DNA of 64,000 nucleotides, taken from positions 96,001 through 160,000 of the forward strand of contig CAVVMW010000014.1 of the NCBI GenBank assembly GCA_963749495.1, in the 5' to 3' direction. The notes beneath the pieces were generated by a model. That model was not told the origin of the DNA. It made no database searches and saw only the letters and a list, made by a program, of their open reading frames with translations. The stretch comes from an uncultured bacterium (GTDB lineage Bacteria; Verrucomicrobiota; Verrucomicrobiia; Limisphaerales; UBA8199). Positions 46,201-57,917 of this stretch are shown piece by piece. Position 1 is the first letter of the stretch, and each line of letters opens with the position of its first letter. Made by a program: the position numbers and the translations under genes.

Positions 46201-47277
46201 CTCGATCTCCATGGCCACAAGGTCCCCGAGTACGGCTTGATGCCGCCCGGAGTAACGGCGGATTGGGGGCGATTCGCTTATCGTTTCTTCAATGACGCCC
46301 AGTACTGCGCGGGCTTGGAGATGGCCGGGCGGGCGCTGGCCGGCATTGGCGAGCCGGCGGCGGGGGCCATTCTCGAAGAGGCGCGGCAATACCGCGAGGA
46401 CCTCGTCGGGGCCTTTCACTGGACCCAGTCCCGGGCCCCGGTCGTTCCGCTGGCCAACGGGACCTGGGTTCCGGCCGACCCGGCAATCCTGGGTTGCTTC
46501 GGACGCGTCGAGGAGTTCCTGCCCGGCGAAGATGGCGGCCGGACCTGGTGTTACAGCATCGAGGCCGGCGCCCATCACCTGGCAGCCAACGGCATTCTGG
46601 ACGCGGCGTCACGCGACGTGGCCTGGATGATCGACTACCTGGAGGACGTCCAATTCCTCCGCTCCGGCTGGCCCGACTATCCCGAAGCCGCCAACCGGCG
46701 CGACCCCTTCAATCTCGGCGGCTTTGCCAAGCTCCAGCCTTACTACTGCCGCATCGCCGAGGTGTACGCGCTGCGCGACGAGGTCAAACCGTTCATCCGC
46801 TCCGCTTTCAACGCCGTTCCCTCGCTGCTCAATCTCGAGAACCTTTCCTTTTGCGAGCACTTCCATAACTATGGCGCCTGGAACAAAACCCACGAGACCG
46901 GCTGGTTCCTCTGCCAGGCCGCGACGATGTTCGTGATGGAACGTGGCGACGAATTGTGGCTGGCTCCCTTCGTGCCAAGCCATTGGCTCCAAGACGGGAT
47001 GACAGTCCGCGTGCGCAATGCGCCGACGCGGTTCGGGAAGGCCGGCTTTGTCCTGCAATACTCGGCCGCCAAGGCAGCCATCGAGGCCCGCCTGCAGTTG
47101 CCAGCCCAAACCACGGCCCGCAAGGTCGTGCTCAGGCTGCGCCATCCCCAGGGAAAACCGATGCTATCGGTCACCGTCCAAGGCAAACCGCACACGGACT
47201 TCGATCCCCGGAGAGAAACCATTACCCTGGCGCCGGGGAACGGGGAAGTGGTGGTGAGGGCCGCCTATGCGGAATGA
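43224..47277 (+). CDS. Secreted NPCBM/NEW2-domain protein with putative (alpha/alpha)6 glycoside hydrolase domain; frameshift near 44450; three in-frame repeat insertions
   Basis: YEHGLGHHANGEI, GSVVFQIFVDD, DAGDGITCDCADWANARL; C-terminal APTRFG and LRLRHP. Confidence 0.75.
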
Positions 47278-47371
47278 CGAATGACGAATGACGAATGACG
47301 AATGACGAAAATGGGGCCGAGAGGCCTCCGGTTTCCTCATTCGTCATTCGTCATTCGTCATTCGTCATTCC
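47273..47371. repeat. Inverted heptamer arrays (AATGACG)x5 and (TCATTCG)n between convergent genes
   Basis: Both stop codons lie inside the arrays. Confidence 0.9.
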
Positions 47372-48554
47372 TTCCCGCGCCTGGGTCCGAGGGGAGAGTG
47401 AAGTAAAAGGTGGCGCCCTGGCCGGGCTGGCTGGCGGCCCAGACCCGGCCGCCGTGGCCTTGGACGATGTGTTTGACAATCGCGAGGCCCAGCCCGGTGC
47501 CGCCCTGCTCGCGCGAACGCGCTTTGTTGACGCGATAGAACCTCTCGAAAAGGCGGTTCAGCGACTCCGGCGGAATGCCCTGTCCGTCATCATGCACGCA
47601 GACCTCGACCTGTCCGGCTTCATTGACGCGTCCGCCAACCTTGACCTGGCCGCCGGCGCGGCCGTACTTGATGGCATTGTCCACCAGGTTGCCCAGGACC
47701 TGCTCGACCCGGCCGGGATCGGCGGAAACGCCGAGTTCGGGGACGGCGTCGAGCAACTGGATGGCCTTGTCCTCCGCGCGAGACTTGAAATCGCCAAGCA
47801 CCTTCTGGACCACGGAACGCAGCGAAATGGGCTCGAGGCGGAGCTTGACGCGCCCGGATTCGAGTTCCGAGATGACGAGCAAGTCCTCAATGAGGGAACG
47901 CAGGCGCGCGGCGTTGCGCTCGATGGTTTCGAGGAACTTGACGGCAACGTCCGGGTTGTCCTTGGCGCCATCGAGCAGCGTTTCGACGTAGCCCTGGATG
48001 AGGGACAGGGGCGTGCGCAGTTCATGGCTCACGTTGGCGACGAAGTCCTTGCGCACGTTCTCCAGTTCCTTGAGGCGGGTCAAGTCGTGGAAGACCAGGA
48101 TGGCTCCGTGGCGCTGGCCCAGCCCGTTGAAGATGGCGGCGCCGTTGACCTGGAGCCAGCGCTCGGTGGGCCGGGAGAGGTGCAACTCGGCGCCGAGCAC
48201 CTGCGGCCGAGTGTCCAGCGAGGCGGCCAGGTCGGCCACTTCGTGCAGGCGCAGGGCCTCCAGGAGCGTGCGCGAGCGAACGTCCGTGGCCAGGCCGAAC
48301 AACTCGGTGAAGGCGCGGTTGGCCAGCAGGATTCGCCCGCGCTCGTCCAGGACCACCAGGCCCTCGACCATGCTGTTGAACAGGGCCTCCTGCTGGGTCT
48401 TGAATTCAATGGCGACCCGCTTCTGGTCGTCCTGGACCTTGCGGATTTCCTCACCAGCCGCCCGCCGGCCCCGCAGCCACCTGGCCCGCCACCACAAGTG
48501 CAGGGCCGCCATCGCGGCCAGGCAGAGGAGCAAAGTCACGAGCGCCGGTATCAT
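47358..48554 (-). CDS. phoR: PhoR-like PAS sensor histidine kinase
   Basis: RKDFVANVSHELRTPL, NLVDNAIKY, DDGQGIP, FERFYRV..ARSR..GGTGLGLAIVKH. Confidence 0.85.
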   Translation of the reverse strand: MIPALVTLLLCLAAMAALHLWWRARWLRGRRAAGEEIRKVQDDQKRVAIEFKTQQEALFNSMVEGLVVLDERGRILLANRAFTELFGLATDVRSRTLLEALRLHEVADLAASLDTRPQVLGAELHLSRPTERWLQVNGAAIFNGLGQRHGAILVFHDLTRLKELENVRKDFVANVSHELRTPLSLIQGYVETLLDGAKDNPDVAVKFLETIERNAARLRSLIEDLLVISELESGRVKLRLEPISLRSVVQKVLGDFKSRAEDKAIQLLDAVPELGVSADPGRVEQVLGNLVDNAIKYGRAGGQVKVGGRVNEAGQVEVCVHDDGQGIPPESLNRLFERFYRVNKARSREQGGTGLGLAIVKHIVQGHGGRVWAASQPGQGATFYFTLPSDPGAGRNDE

Positions 48555-48584
48555 ACCACTCCACAGGAATGCTCTACGCAGGCT

Positions 48585-48798
48585 GCGTCGCGTAGCGACA
48601 CACTGAAGGTAGCCGTGGACTTCCAGTCCACGGTCTGGAACGTCGGAAGAGGCGCGCGTCGCGTAGCGACGCCTGATGACTTCGCGCTGCCCAATGGAAT
48701 CCTGTTTTCAGGCGTCGCTGCGCAACGCAAACAATGTCCGACCTTGGATCCGTGGACTGGAAGTCCACGGCTACCTTCGAGCACCGCTACGCGGTGAC
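48585..48798. repeat. REPIN-like palindromic element, family A, copy 3, between phoB and phoR
   Basis: Same arms as the copies at 16539 and 31772. Confidence 0.85.
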
Positions 48799-48877
48799 AT
48801 GGGCCTGCGCCTGGCTGAATTTCGCAAAATCCGTGTCCATCCGTGTCCATCCGTGGTTCTCCTCCCGCGCAGGCGCC

Positions 48878-49562
48878 TCAGGCCTCGATGAACCGGTAGC
48901 CGACGCCGCGCACCGTGTCGAGGTATTTGGCGGCGGGGCCGAGCTTTTCTCGCAAGCGGCGCATGTGAGTGTCAACGGTGCGGGTATCAATGAGGCTGTT
49001 GTATTCCCAAACATCGCGCAAGAGTTGCTCGCGAGATTGGACCCGCCCGCGGCGCTGGGCCAGGATGCTCAGGAGCTTGAATTCGGTGGCCGTCAGGTCG
49101 ACCTGGACGCCGCGCCAGCTCACCAGGTGGCGCGGGGTATCGATGAGCAGGTTGCCGATCTCGATGGTAGCCGGCTCTTCGGCTGCCGCACGGCCGCGCT
49201 GGAGGATCTTCCTGATGCGCAGGACCAGCTCCCGGGGGCTGAACGGCTTGGTGATATAATCGTCGGCCCCCAGTTCGAGGCCCAGGACGCGGTCAATCTC
49301 GGCGGCTTTGGCCGTGACCATGACGATCGGCACCGCCGCCGTGGCGGGGTCGCGGCGAATCATCTTGCAGACCTCCAAGCCGTCAACCTCGGGGAGCATC
49401 AGGTCCAATACGATCAAGCTCGGCAGCAGCGCGTGCGCCTTCTTGAGGGCCTCGGCCCCGTCCGTCGCAGTCAGGACGTTCGAACCCGGCCTGTCGGAGG
49501 TTGAACTCGACCAACTCGACTGCCTCGGGTTCGTCATCGACCACAAGGATTTTCGGTCTCAC
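48878..49562 (-). CDS. phoB: PhoB/OmpR-family response regulator; frameshift near 49485
   Basis: KILVVDDE, LDLMLP, GADDYITKPFSPREL, TRTVDTHMRRLREKL, TVRGVGY. Confidence 0.8.
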
Positions 49563-49649
49563 GCCCGATAGCAATAACATGGCTGCAGGCCGGCGACAAT
49601 GCCGGGTTTGTGACAGCCGGGTGACGATTGGGCAACGGTTGGCCGCGGA

Positions 49650-50984
49650 TCAAGCCAGGCCCTTCATCTGCCATCCGGCGCGGTACTGGCGGCGGATGAA
49701 CTGGTTGGCCTCCGCCAGGTCGAACTGGAGCTTGAGAGCGTCCCACTTGAGGGTGGTCTGCGGAAAACGGGAGGCGACGCCGCCCAGCAGGACGGTCTCG
49801 GTGAGCGGCCCGGAATAGTTGAAGCTCGCGCTGGTGGGACCATGCCCGAGGCAGGCGCCGACAAACTCGCCCCAATGATTGCCGGGGGAGATGTCCGGGT
49901 GCTTGAGGCCGTTGAACTTCTCGTCCGGATAGAGCAGGGGCCAGGCGCCATGGGGCAGGACCAGCGCCCCGCCGGCGCCGATGAAGATCGAGCCGGCGCC
50001 GGGCAGCGGGTGGCCCTCGGACAAGGCCAGCACGTCGGGCGAGGGCTTCTGGGCCCCGTCATACCAGGTCAGACCGAGCGTTTTGTCCGCGGTGAACGGG
50101 GTGCCCTCGAAGACGTAATGGACGCGGGAGTTCAGGCCCAGTTCCACTGGTTGGGGGCGGGGCCTTCGGAGCGGACGGAGACCGGCTCGCGCAGGTGGAG
50201 CGCCTCGAAGACCGGATCGAACAGGTGGCAGGCCATGTCGCCGAAGGTGCCGGTGCCGAAATCGAGGCGTTTGCGCCAGTTTGCCGGATGATAATAGGCC
50301 TCGCCGATGAAGGGGCGGGGCGAGCAGACCCCCAGCCAGAGGTCCCAGTTGAAATCAACGGGGACTGGGTCTTGGCGGGTCGGACGCGGGTCGGGATCGC
50401 CCCAGGATTTCGGGCACCAGCAATGGACTTCTTTGACCTTGCCGATGGCGCCGGCCTGAACGAGCAGGGCGGCCGAGCGGGTACTGGGCCGTGGCGTGAA
50501 CCTGGATACCCATCTGGGTGGCCAGCCTCTTGCGCGCGGCATACTCGGTCAGCCTGCGGACTTCGTGGAGGTCGTGGGCGAGCGGCTTTTGCGCATAGAC
50601 GTGCTTGCCCATCTGCATCGCCGCCAGGGCCATGACCGCGTGTACGTGATCGGGGGTGGACACGTTCACCGAATCGATGCTCTTTTCCTCGACATCCAGC
50701 ATCTGGCGCCAGTCCTGGTATATCCGGGCATCGGGAAACCGCTTGCGGACCGCGCCCATGGGGAGCATGTCCACGTCGGCCACGGCCACCAACTCGACTT
50801 CCTTGAACCGGGTCAACTCGTTGATGTCGAGCCAGGCCATCCCGCCGGCCCCGAAGCTGGCATGGCGCAGCAGCCCGCTGGGCGGACGCGCGATGAGATC
50901 GCGCGTGACGAACGGGGCGGCCAGGACGGACGCCCCGAGCCTCTTGAGGAAGCAACGGCGGCTCACCGAGGGCGAAGCTCTCAT
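49650..50984 (-). CDS. Tat-exported Gfo/Idh/MocA oxidoreductase; frameshifts near 50480 and 50140
   Basis: SRRCFLK twin-arginine signal, STPDHVHA, KHVYAQKPL, FGTGTFGDMACH. Confidence 0.85.
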
Positions 50985-51030
50985 AAAGCTGGGCGCGCAG
51001 CGGCCGCAACACAGTACAGCAACATGCCGC

Positions 51031-51332
51031 AAAAGAAGCAGAAAGGCCCAGGGCGGTCAATCGGAAACCACGGCACCCAAATGCTTGGAAGAGTTCAACC
51101 ACGGAATACAGAATACACGGAAAAAGGCCCCCCTTCCGTGTATTCCGGTTTTCCGGAAGGAGGCAAAATCATTTCTGGCAGAATCATAAGAGAACTCTCT
51201 TCTTAATGATTCTGCCAACAATGATTTTGCTTCCTTCCGCGCCTTCGTCCCAAAATCACTTGTTCCGTGGTTAAATCTCGATTGGCATGAAACACCAGGC
51301 GGTCCCATTTTGCCGGTCCTCCGTGCCGCGCC
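51031..51332 (+). repeat. Composite intergenic repeat, related to 54687-54880
   Basis: Shared GGTCAATCGGAAACCAC..CACCCAAAT and AATCTCGATTGGCATGAAACA..AGGCGGTCCCATTTTGC.GGTCCTCCGTGCCGCGC. Confidence 0.8.
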
Positions 51333-51632
51333 GAATTCAAGGCCGACTGGATTGGCCTGATCTTTCTGCGCAACCTGGCCCTGCTTTGGCTGGTCAGCGG
51401 GGGCTGGCACCTGCTGCTGTACACCCTGAGAGTGCAAGGAACAGAGCGGAAGTACGACCCGCGATGGCAGAGCGTCAATGACTCCTTCCACTACCTGCAC
51501 CACCGTTACTTCAACTGCAGCTACGGCGAAGCCACGCTCCCGCTGGATCGGCTGTTTGGAACTTTTCGCGAGCGGCTCTTCGAGGAACCGGGGTCCAAGC
51601 CGGGTGGTGGTTCGCGAGGCCCCAGCAGTTGA
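51333..51632 (+). pseudogene. Sterol desaturase/fatty-acid hydroxylase remnant with a large internal deletion
   Basis: WIGLIFLRNLALLWLVSGGWHLLLY...KYDPRW joined directly to HYLHHRYFNCSYG...PLDRLFGTF; no start codon. Confidence 0.7.
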
Positions 51633-51672
51633 GCGCTTGCTTCGTGACTGCGAGCGCGGCAGATTGATCCCG

Positions 51673-54671
51673 ATGAAACGACCTCCGAACACAAGCGCCT
51701 TCGCGGCGTTTCTCTTGGTCCTGCCCAATCTTGTCTTTTGCCAAGGCATCCTGCCACCTGACCCAAACGAACCGGCAGGCGAACGCCCCTATGAGATGGT
51801 CTGGGCCAATCGCACCGAACCGGCGGGGCCGGCCGTTCGCTTCGACCAACTCACCGGCTGGAAACTGGAGCTCGAAAACGGCGCGCAGGCCACCCTCCAG
51901 GCCACCCGCGCTCAGAACCTGTGGAACCGCCCCGTCGGGCGGTTGCGCTACCGCGGCGATGGCAAAAGCGAAACCAAACCGCGCATACTGCTGGTCCCAC
52001 CGCAACCGATTCCGCTTTCGGAAGGCGCCGATTCCGTGGATATATGGCTTTATGGCAATCGGTGGGGCTGGGAAAACCCGCCGGGCACCCCGCCCGTTCG
52101 CATCGCACTCCACTTGCGCGATGGCGCCGGCAACGCGCACGAGCTTCATGTGGACGATGTGCGCTGGCAGGAATGGTGGCTGATGCACAAAAAGCTCCCG
52201 GCATCCCTGCCGACTCCGCTGCGCCTGGAGTGCCTTGAAGTAGCCGGCGGCTGGCAGGCCGAGTGGCGTGAGATTTTTTTCGACTCCATCCGATTTTACC
52301 GGGAAGATCTGGCTGCCCTGGGATTCGCGCCCCGCCCCAGGCGCAACCTGCGGCTGCCCGAGGGCCAGTCGTTGGGCGCGAACGCGGGCCCGGGTCAGCT
52401 CCCTTTCCCCACTCGAGAAACAACCATCTTGCCGGCCCATTTCGGAGGCAAATACAGCAACGGGATCAGGGATTCCGGGTCAGGCCGGTGCTCCTTCGAC
52501 TATCGTGGAAAGGATGCTTCGATTACCTATTCCTTTGACCCGGCCCAAGGCCTGGGCAGCCTCGGAGCCTGGGTTAACGGCGAAATGAGCGCGCGGTTGC
52601 TCGAGGGTGCATCCCTTAAAGTCCGCGATGCGCCGACGAACTCGAGGCTGACCTCAGTGAAACGCCAGGGCAAAATGGTCATTGCCGAGTACAGCGATGG
52701 CACGAAGGTCCAGTTGCAAATCTGGCAAAAGTCACTGGTGGTGGATGTGTCCAACGCCACCGGCCAGGCCACGGAACTGAGTTTCGGACAACTCTCCGGC
52801 CTGAGCGAACCACGCTTGATTCCGATCCCTTATCTGACATACGGCGGTGGCGCCCGTCCCTGCGCGCTGCTTTCCCGCGCCGGCACCAACCACGTTTTCA
52901 CCAGTCTATGGCTCGATTGGTATCGCTCGAATGGCTCCGAGCCTTTTGCCGCCGAGTCCGTCACCGCGCACACCGCTCGCATCAATGGCGGCATCCGCTA
53001 CCACGCGCGGACCGATGGCACACGTAACCCGGTTTTCGAGCGCCTCTTTATCACCGTGTCCCCCAAATTCGAGGAGACCCTCCCGACCGTGCCTAACCCG
53101 GTTCGGCTCCACGCCCAGGAGGCGGTGGACCGCCTGTGGCAGGAATCCTGGGGGCCGGATGATTACGAAAAGCAGATGGTGCGCAGCCGCATGCTGCGCG
53201 CGTACGGGTCGAGAAGCTCATCCAGTGCAATCACGAAATCGCCTGGCGCGACGGCGGCGAGAGCTTCACGCTGCGCACCCGCGCGGCGCCCAGGAAGGGC
53301 GGCGATGCCGCGCTGCAACGCTACGTGAGCCACCAGCGAGGGCTCGGCTGGCTGGAAGGATTGTACAGCAACTACACCGATTATGCGCCGGTCAACGAGT
53401 TCTGGAGCCCGGACGCAGTCCAACGCCAGTCCGACGGCAACTGGCGCAGTGCCTGGCCGCGCTGCTGGGCCGAGAAGCCGCTCAAAGCCGTCGAATTCGA
53501 CGCCTTGCTCGCCCCGCAGATCAAATCCAAGTTCCACCCCAACAGCGCCTACACGGACGTGCAGACGGCGGTCGCCCCTTGGGGCTACAACGACTACGAC
53601 GCGCGGGTGCCGGGGGCAGGCACGTTCGCCCAAACGTTCTATGCTTACGGCGAGTTGCTGCGCAATGATTCGCGCGTGTATGAGGGCCCGATCTTTTCCG
53701 AAGGCACTTACCACTGGCTTTATGCCGGGTTGGCGGACGGCAACTATGCCCTGGCCTATGATGGCCATCCGCTGGCCAAAGAGCCGCTCATGCCCGTATT
53801 CGACCTCTGCCAAATCCATTCCAAAGAGTGCGACATCGGCATGGGCTGGACGGCCAACTTTTGCGATGCCATTGCGGACTGGCGGAAGCCGGAGAACCTG
53901 GACGGGGCCATCGATCGGTTCCTCCTTCACACGCTGGCCTACGGACATATCGGCTGGCTGGTGGAGGAAGAGCACGGCATCAGCCGCACCTGCCGCTCCT
54001 ATTACATGCTGCAGCAGGTGCAGGCGCGATACGGCCTCAAGACGCCCGCGCGGATTGCGTATTGGGACGGCGCCCAACTCGTCGGCGTCTCCGAGGCGCT
54101 TATCCGCGACCTCCCGCGCACGCGCCGTCAATTGTTCGTTGAATACCCAGGCGGCTTGCAGCTCTGGTTGAACGATCACCCGGCCGAGACCTGGCGGCTT
54201 CCCCCACTGCACGGCGCAGGGCGAAAGCGCCCAGGTGCGGGGCTTGACCTGGAGGGGCGCAGACTCGAACTGCCGCCCGCCGGCTGGGCCGCATTCACCC
54301 CGAACCACCAACTCTACAGCTTCTCAGCCCTCAAGGGCACGCACCGCGTCGATTACCTCCGCAGCCCGGACTACACTTACCTCGATGGGCGCGGCCACTG
54401 GTTCGATGCCCCGGAGGCTGCCTCCGACGGGGCCTTGGCGATTAAGCCTCTCGGGAAAAACCAGTTGAAGATCACTCACATTTCCGGCGCAGCGCCATTC
54501 GTTATTCGACGGCCATACAAGATGCCGGGTGCGTGCGTCGCGAGCGAGACGTATGATGCCGAGGGGAAATCGCTCCCGAGGCCCGACTGGCAGGACATCG
54601 GCGCCGAAACGCACCTCAAACCGCAGGACAAAGCCCTCACCTGGATTCTGACCTTCAGCCCGGGACACTGA
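51673..54671 (+). CDS. Large secreted hypothetical protein (possible glycoside hydrolase); frameshift near 53208
   Basis: Signal peptide; two long ORFs joined by a single-base shift; aromatic-rich TIM-barrel-like C-terminal half. Confidence 0.7.
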
Positions 54672-54686
54672 CCGCCGGGCGTGGAC

Positions 54687-54880
54687 AAAGAAAGCAGAGA
54701 GGCTCAGCGCGGTCAATCGGAAACCACCGCACCCAAATCCTCACCTTGGAAGAGTTTTTGACCGCGGAATACGCGGAATACGCGGAAAAGAAAGGGCCTT
54801 CCGCGTATTCCGCGGTATTGAATCTCGATTGGCATGAAACATGAGGCGGTCCCATTTTGCTGGTCCTCCGTGCCGCGCTG
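54687..54880 (+). repeat. Composite intergenic repeat, related to 51031-51332
   Basis: Direct comparison. Confidence 0.8.
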
Positions 54881-54905
54881 CCAGCCCAGCGCCAACGGCG
54901 CGGCC

Positions 54906-54951
54906 TCAGAGGGTAAGGGAGTGGCCGCAAGGCCACTCCCTTACCCTCTGA
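54906..54951. terminator. Perfect 21-bp stem with GCAA tetraloop between convergent genes
   Basis: TCAGAGGGTAAGGGAGTGGCC-GCAA-GGCCACTCCCTTACCCTCTGA; no U-tract, so it could be a REP rather than a terminator. Confidence 0.5.
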
Positions 54952-55083
54952 ACGACGCCCTTGGCGTCTCAAACTGGCCGGCACTGCCTCGTGGGTGCCG
55001 CCTCGCGGGGATGCCGCCCTGGAAGGTCGTGCCATAGAGGTTCCCATCGTTGTCTTGCACCAGCCCGGCGTATGTATTGAGCC

Positions 55084-57726
55084 TCAATGGGCGCCGAACG
55101 ACACCAGCGTCGTCAACACCCCGGCTGGAGTCACTCGAAAAACCGTTCCCAAGCCACCGGCGCCACCATACGTGGTTGTGCCATAAAAATTGCCATCGCT
55201 TCCCCGCACCAGTGAGCCCTGCGGACTATTGCCATTGGCTCCGTTGAACGAAACCAGCGTCGTCAACGCACCGGAGGGGGCCATTCTGAACACCGTGCCT
55301 CCGCCGCCCGTTGCACTACCACCCGTGCCACCGCCGGCCGTTGTGCCATAGAAATTGCCGTCGCTGCCCTGCACCAGCCCGCTGACGGTGTAACTTCCGT
55401 TGGCGCCGCTGAGGGAGACTGATGTTATCAGGCCGCCGGCTGGGGTCATTTTGAACACCGTGCCAAAGCCATAGCCGCCGGTGAGAGTGAGACTGAGATT
55501 TCCACCATACGCCGTTGTCCCGTAGAAATTGCCGTCGTTGCCCTGCACCAGCCCGGCAGACGGGTTGTACCCGTTGGCGCCGGTGGTGAACACGACCAGG
55601 GTCGTGAGGACGCCGGCGGAGGTCATTTGGAACACCGTGCCGCAGTTATCCGGGCTGTTGCTGCCAAACCAAGACCCGTCTCCCCCGCCCGTTGTGCCGT
55701 AGAAATTGCCATTGGTCCCTTGCACAAGAGCGGCAAACGGAGAGCTGCCATTGCCGCCGTTGAAGGAAACGAGCGTCGTGAGGACGCCGGCGGCGGTCAT
55801 TTGAAACACCGTGCCGCGGTTTTTCACGCCGCCGAGGATGGTTGTGCCATAGAAATTGCCGTCGCTGCCTTGCACCAGCCCGGCCGCGGGATGGCTGCCA
55901 TTAGTCCCGTTGAACGAGACCAGCGTCGTTAACACGCCCGCAGGAGTCACCTCGAACACCGTTCCCTTGCCACTCGCGCCGCCGTATGCCGTTGTGCCAT
56001 AGAAATTGCCATCGTTGCCTTCCGCCAGCGCGGCTGACGGGTATTCAGGCGGTCCTGAAGAGCTACCCGCACTCAAGAATTGGATGACCTCGGGGTAAGC
56101 CAGCGAGGGACCATCCAGCAAATGATCGTCTTCTCCTCGCAGAAACTTGTTGAAAAAGGAAAGCAAGCAGGCTCGTACAATTTGGCTGGCTCTGGCCGGA
56201 GGTAGGAACAGACCGCTCATCGGTGTGCCCGTAAGGATCGTCAGTGACCTCGAATCTAAAATGAGGTCGTAATCGCCGAAGTCACCGTGATCGGTCGAGG
56301 CCAACTTCACCCAATACGCATTGGTCACAAAGTCGGTGAAAAAGTCCAGACGCTCATCCGGCCAACCGGCAACCGACCACCCTGGGTCCGGGTCGGGGCC
56401 GAAACCGGACCGAAAAAACAGATAGGGAAAGCCCGGCGGCTGCGTCAGCAAATTGGTTTCCGCCCACACCCAGTCCATGCTGGCGCAGGCTTTGCAGCGA
56501 GGGTCGCGAAGGCATAACTGGGCCGCGGCCGCTCCGCCGAGAGAATATCCAAAAACCCCAATCTTGTCCAAATCCAACCGCCCGCCCAGGAGGGGGTCGG
56601 CGGCGTTCAAGCTCTGCAGGTCATCCAACACAAACTGCAGGTCCGGCAAACGGCCTCCGATGGCTGCCTCTAGCCCGGCGGCGGTGACCTCATTCAGCGT
56701 TTGGCCGTACACCACTGCCCCATTGGGCAGCACGCTGACAGCCGTGTCGATGGTATCCAGTCCCACCGCGACATAGCCCCAACTGGCCAGGTCTTCCGCC
56801 TTATCCGTGTTCTCCCGACGATGACCACCGGTTCCTGGGTCATAAAGCACGATGGGACACGCAGGGAGATTGGCCGCGAGCGGCGCATTTGACAGCGAAT
56901 GTGAGAAAAACGCCGCAACCTGGCTGCTGAAGTTCCCCCCTCCGTAGCTCGTAAGATTGTACAATGGTGTTCCAGAGGCAACTTGCGGTTCCACATATTG
57001 AGCCGGAAGGATCCCGGCTTGAGCCACCGCCGGATACCAGAAGGTGACCATGAACTTTGCGTTATTGCGGTACGTGTTGGTCATCACCATCGAGACGGTC
57101 CCAACAGGGTATGGCCCGGTGGGCTGAGGCAGAGGTGTGGCCAATTGATTGGTCGCCGTGCGGTAGAAGCGCTGACTGAACTGCAGCGCGTCGGTATCCA
57201 CGAAACGCAGAGTGTCCAGCGCCGTATTCGTGCGTTGCAACGTTGCCAGCGGCGCCCAATCGATCAGGTTCGTCGAGGTTTCCAGCGGATACAGGTCGTA
57301 GTACGGTGCCAAGAGCGCGGTCGTCTCGCCCTTGAAGGTCAAATTCACGGAGCGCTCGGATTCGGCTTGGACGCTGCTGAAGCCGTGCGGCGCGGCAAGA
57401 AAGACTTTGAGCTCCGCCGCTTCGCTCGTGACGGATCCAGAGGCATTGGAAACGATGACGGAGTAGTAGCCGGACTGGGCGGGCTGCGCATTGGCCACAG
57501 AGAGATACGAGTTCGTGGCGCCGGCTCTTGCCGTCCCATCGAACAGCCATTGGTAAGTAAACGGCGCCATTCCTGTGACACCAACACGAAACAGGACGCT
57601 CCCTGATGCATTCACGAACTGATTGGTTGGCGGGCTGGTGATGACAGGTTGGGCCAGGGCCAACCAGGGGGCCAGCCACCCAAGACAGACGCTCACGACG
57701 ATGCTTCTGAGGTGTTTTATGTTCAT
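55084..57726 (-). CDS. Secreted Ig domain + PAF-acetylhydrolase-like alpha/beta hydrolase + tandem GLVQGxDGNFYGTT beta-repeats
   Basis: Signal peptide; PTGPYPVG, LASWGY, GYSLGG nucleophile elbow, HGDFGD; six GNFYGTT repeats. Confidence 0.8.
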   Translation of the reverse strand: MNIKHLRSIVVSVCLGWLAPWLALAQPVITSPPTNQFVNASGSVLFRVGVTGMAPFTYQWLFDGTARAGATNSYLSVANAQPAQSGYYSVIVSNASGSVTSEAAELKVFLAAPHGFSSVQAESERSVNLTFKGETTALLAPYYDLYPLETSTNLIDWAPLATLQRTNTALDTLRFVDTDALQFSQRFYRTATNQLATPLPQPTGPYPVGTVSMVMTNTYRNNAKFMVTFWYPAVAQAGILPAQYVEPQVASGTPLYNLTSYGGGNFSSQVAAFFSHSLSNAPLAANLPACPIVLYDPGTGGHRRENTDKAEDLASWGYVAVGLDTIDTAVSVLPNGAVVYGQTLNEVTAAGLEAAIGGRLPDLQFVLDDLQSLNAADPLLGGRLDLDKIGVFGYSLGGAAAAQLCLRDPRCKACASMDWVWAETNLLTQPPGFPYLFFRSGFGPDPDPGWSVAGWPDERLDFFTDFVTNAYWVKLASTDHGDFGDYDLILDSRSLTILTGTPMSGLFLPPARASQIVRACLLSFFNKFLRGEDDHLLDGPSLAYPEVIQFLSAGSSSGPPEYPSAALAEGNDGNFYGTTAYGGASGKGTVFEVTPAGVLTTLVSFNGTNGSHPAAGLVQGSDGNFYGTTILGGVKNRGTVFQMTAAGVLTTLVSFNGGNGSSPFAALVQGTNGNFYGTTGGGDGSWFGSNSPDNCGTVFQMTSAGVLTTLVVFTTGANGYNPSAGLVQGNDGNFYGTTAYGGNLSLTLTGGYGFGTVFKMTPAGGLITSVSLSGANGSYTVSGLVQGSDGNFYGTTAGGGTGGSATGGGGTVFRMAPSGALTTLVSFNGANGNSPQGSLVRGSDGNFYGTTTYGGAGGLGTVFRVTPAGVLTTLVSFGAH

Positions 57727-57785
57727 AGTGTCCTTTCTGTTTTCAGGTGACGCCCACCTGGGTTTTAGTGCTTGTTTGTTCTTGG

Positions 57786-57917
57786 TCACTTTAGGCTGCC
57801 GCGGAGCGCCTCGTCTCCCGCGCGAGCTTGGTTGAGGAAAGCTGCGCACCTCGGGGGCCTGGCCCGTTGGAGGGCCTCACGAACGATGACGTGTTGCCTA
57901 TCGTCAGGTTGTTTCAT
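57786..57917 (-). pseudogene. N-terminal stub resembling PVC-type Ser/Thr kinases
   Basis: IVREALQRARPPRCAAFLNQARAGDEALR resembles the ERAAFLDxACxGDxxLR leader; no kinase domain follows. Confidence 0.5.

Noticed and set aside
2929..53330. About 18 single-base frameshifts (giant LTD gene, hrpA, ABC permeases, amidohydrolase, dapF, Rhs, phoB, oxidoreductase and others) as mass pseudogenisation or programmed frameshifting
   Set aside because: They hit core genes such as dapF, often fall in short homopolymers and come without in-frame stops or other decay. Long-read assembly indels are the simplest explanation.
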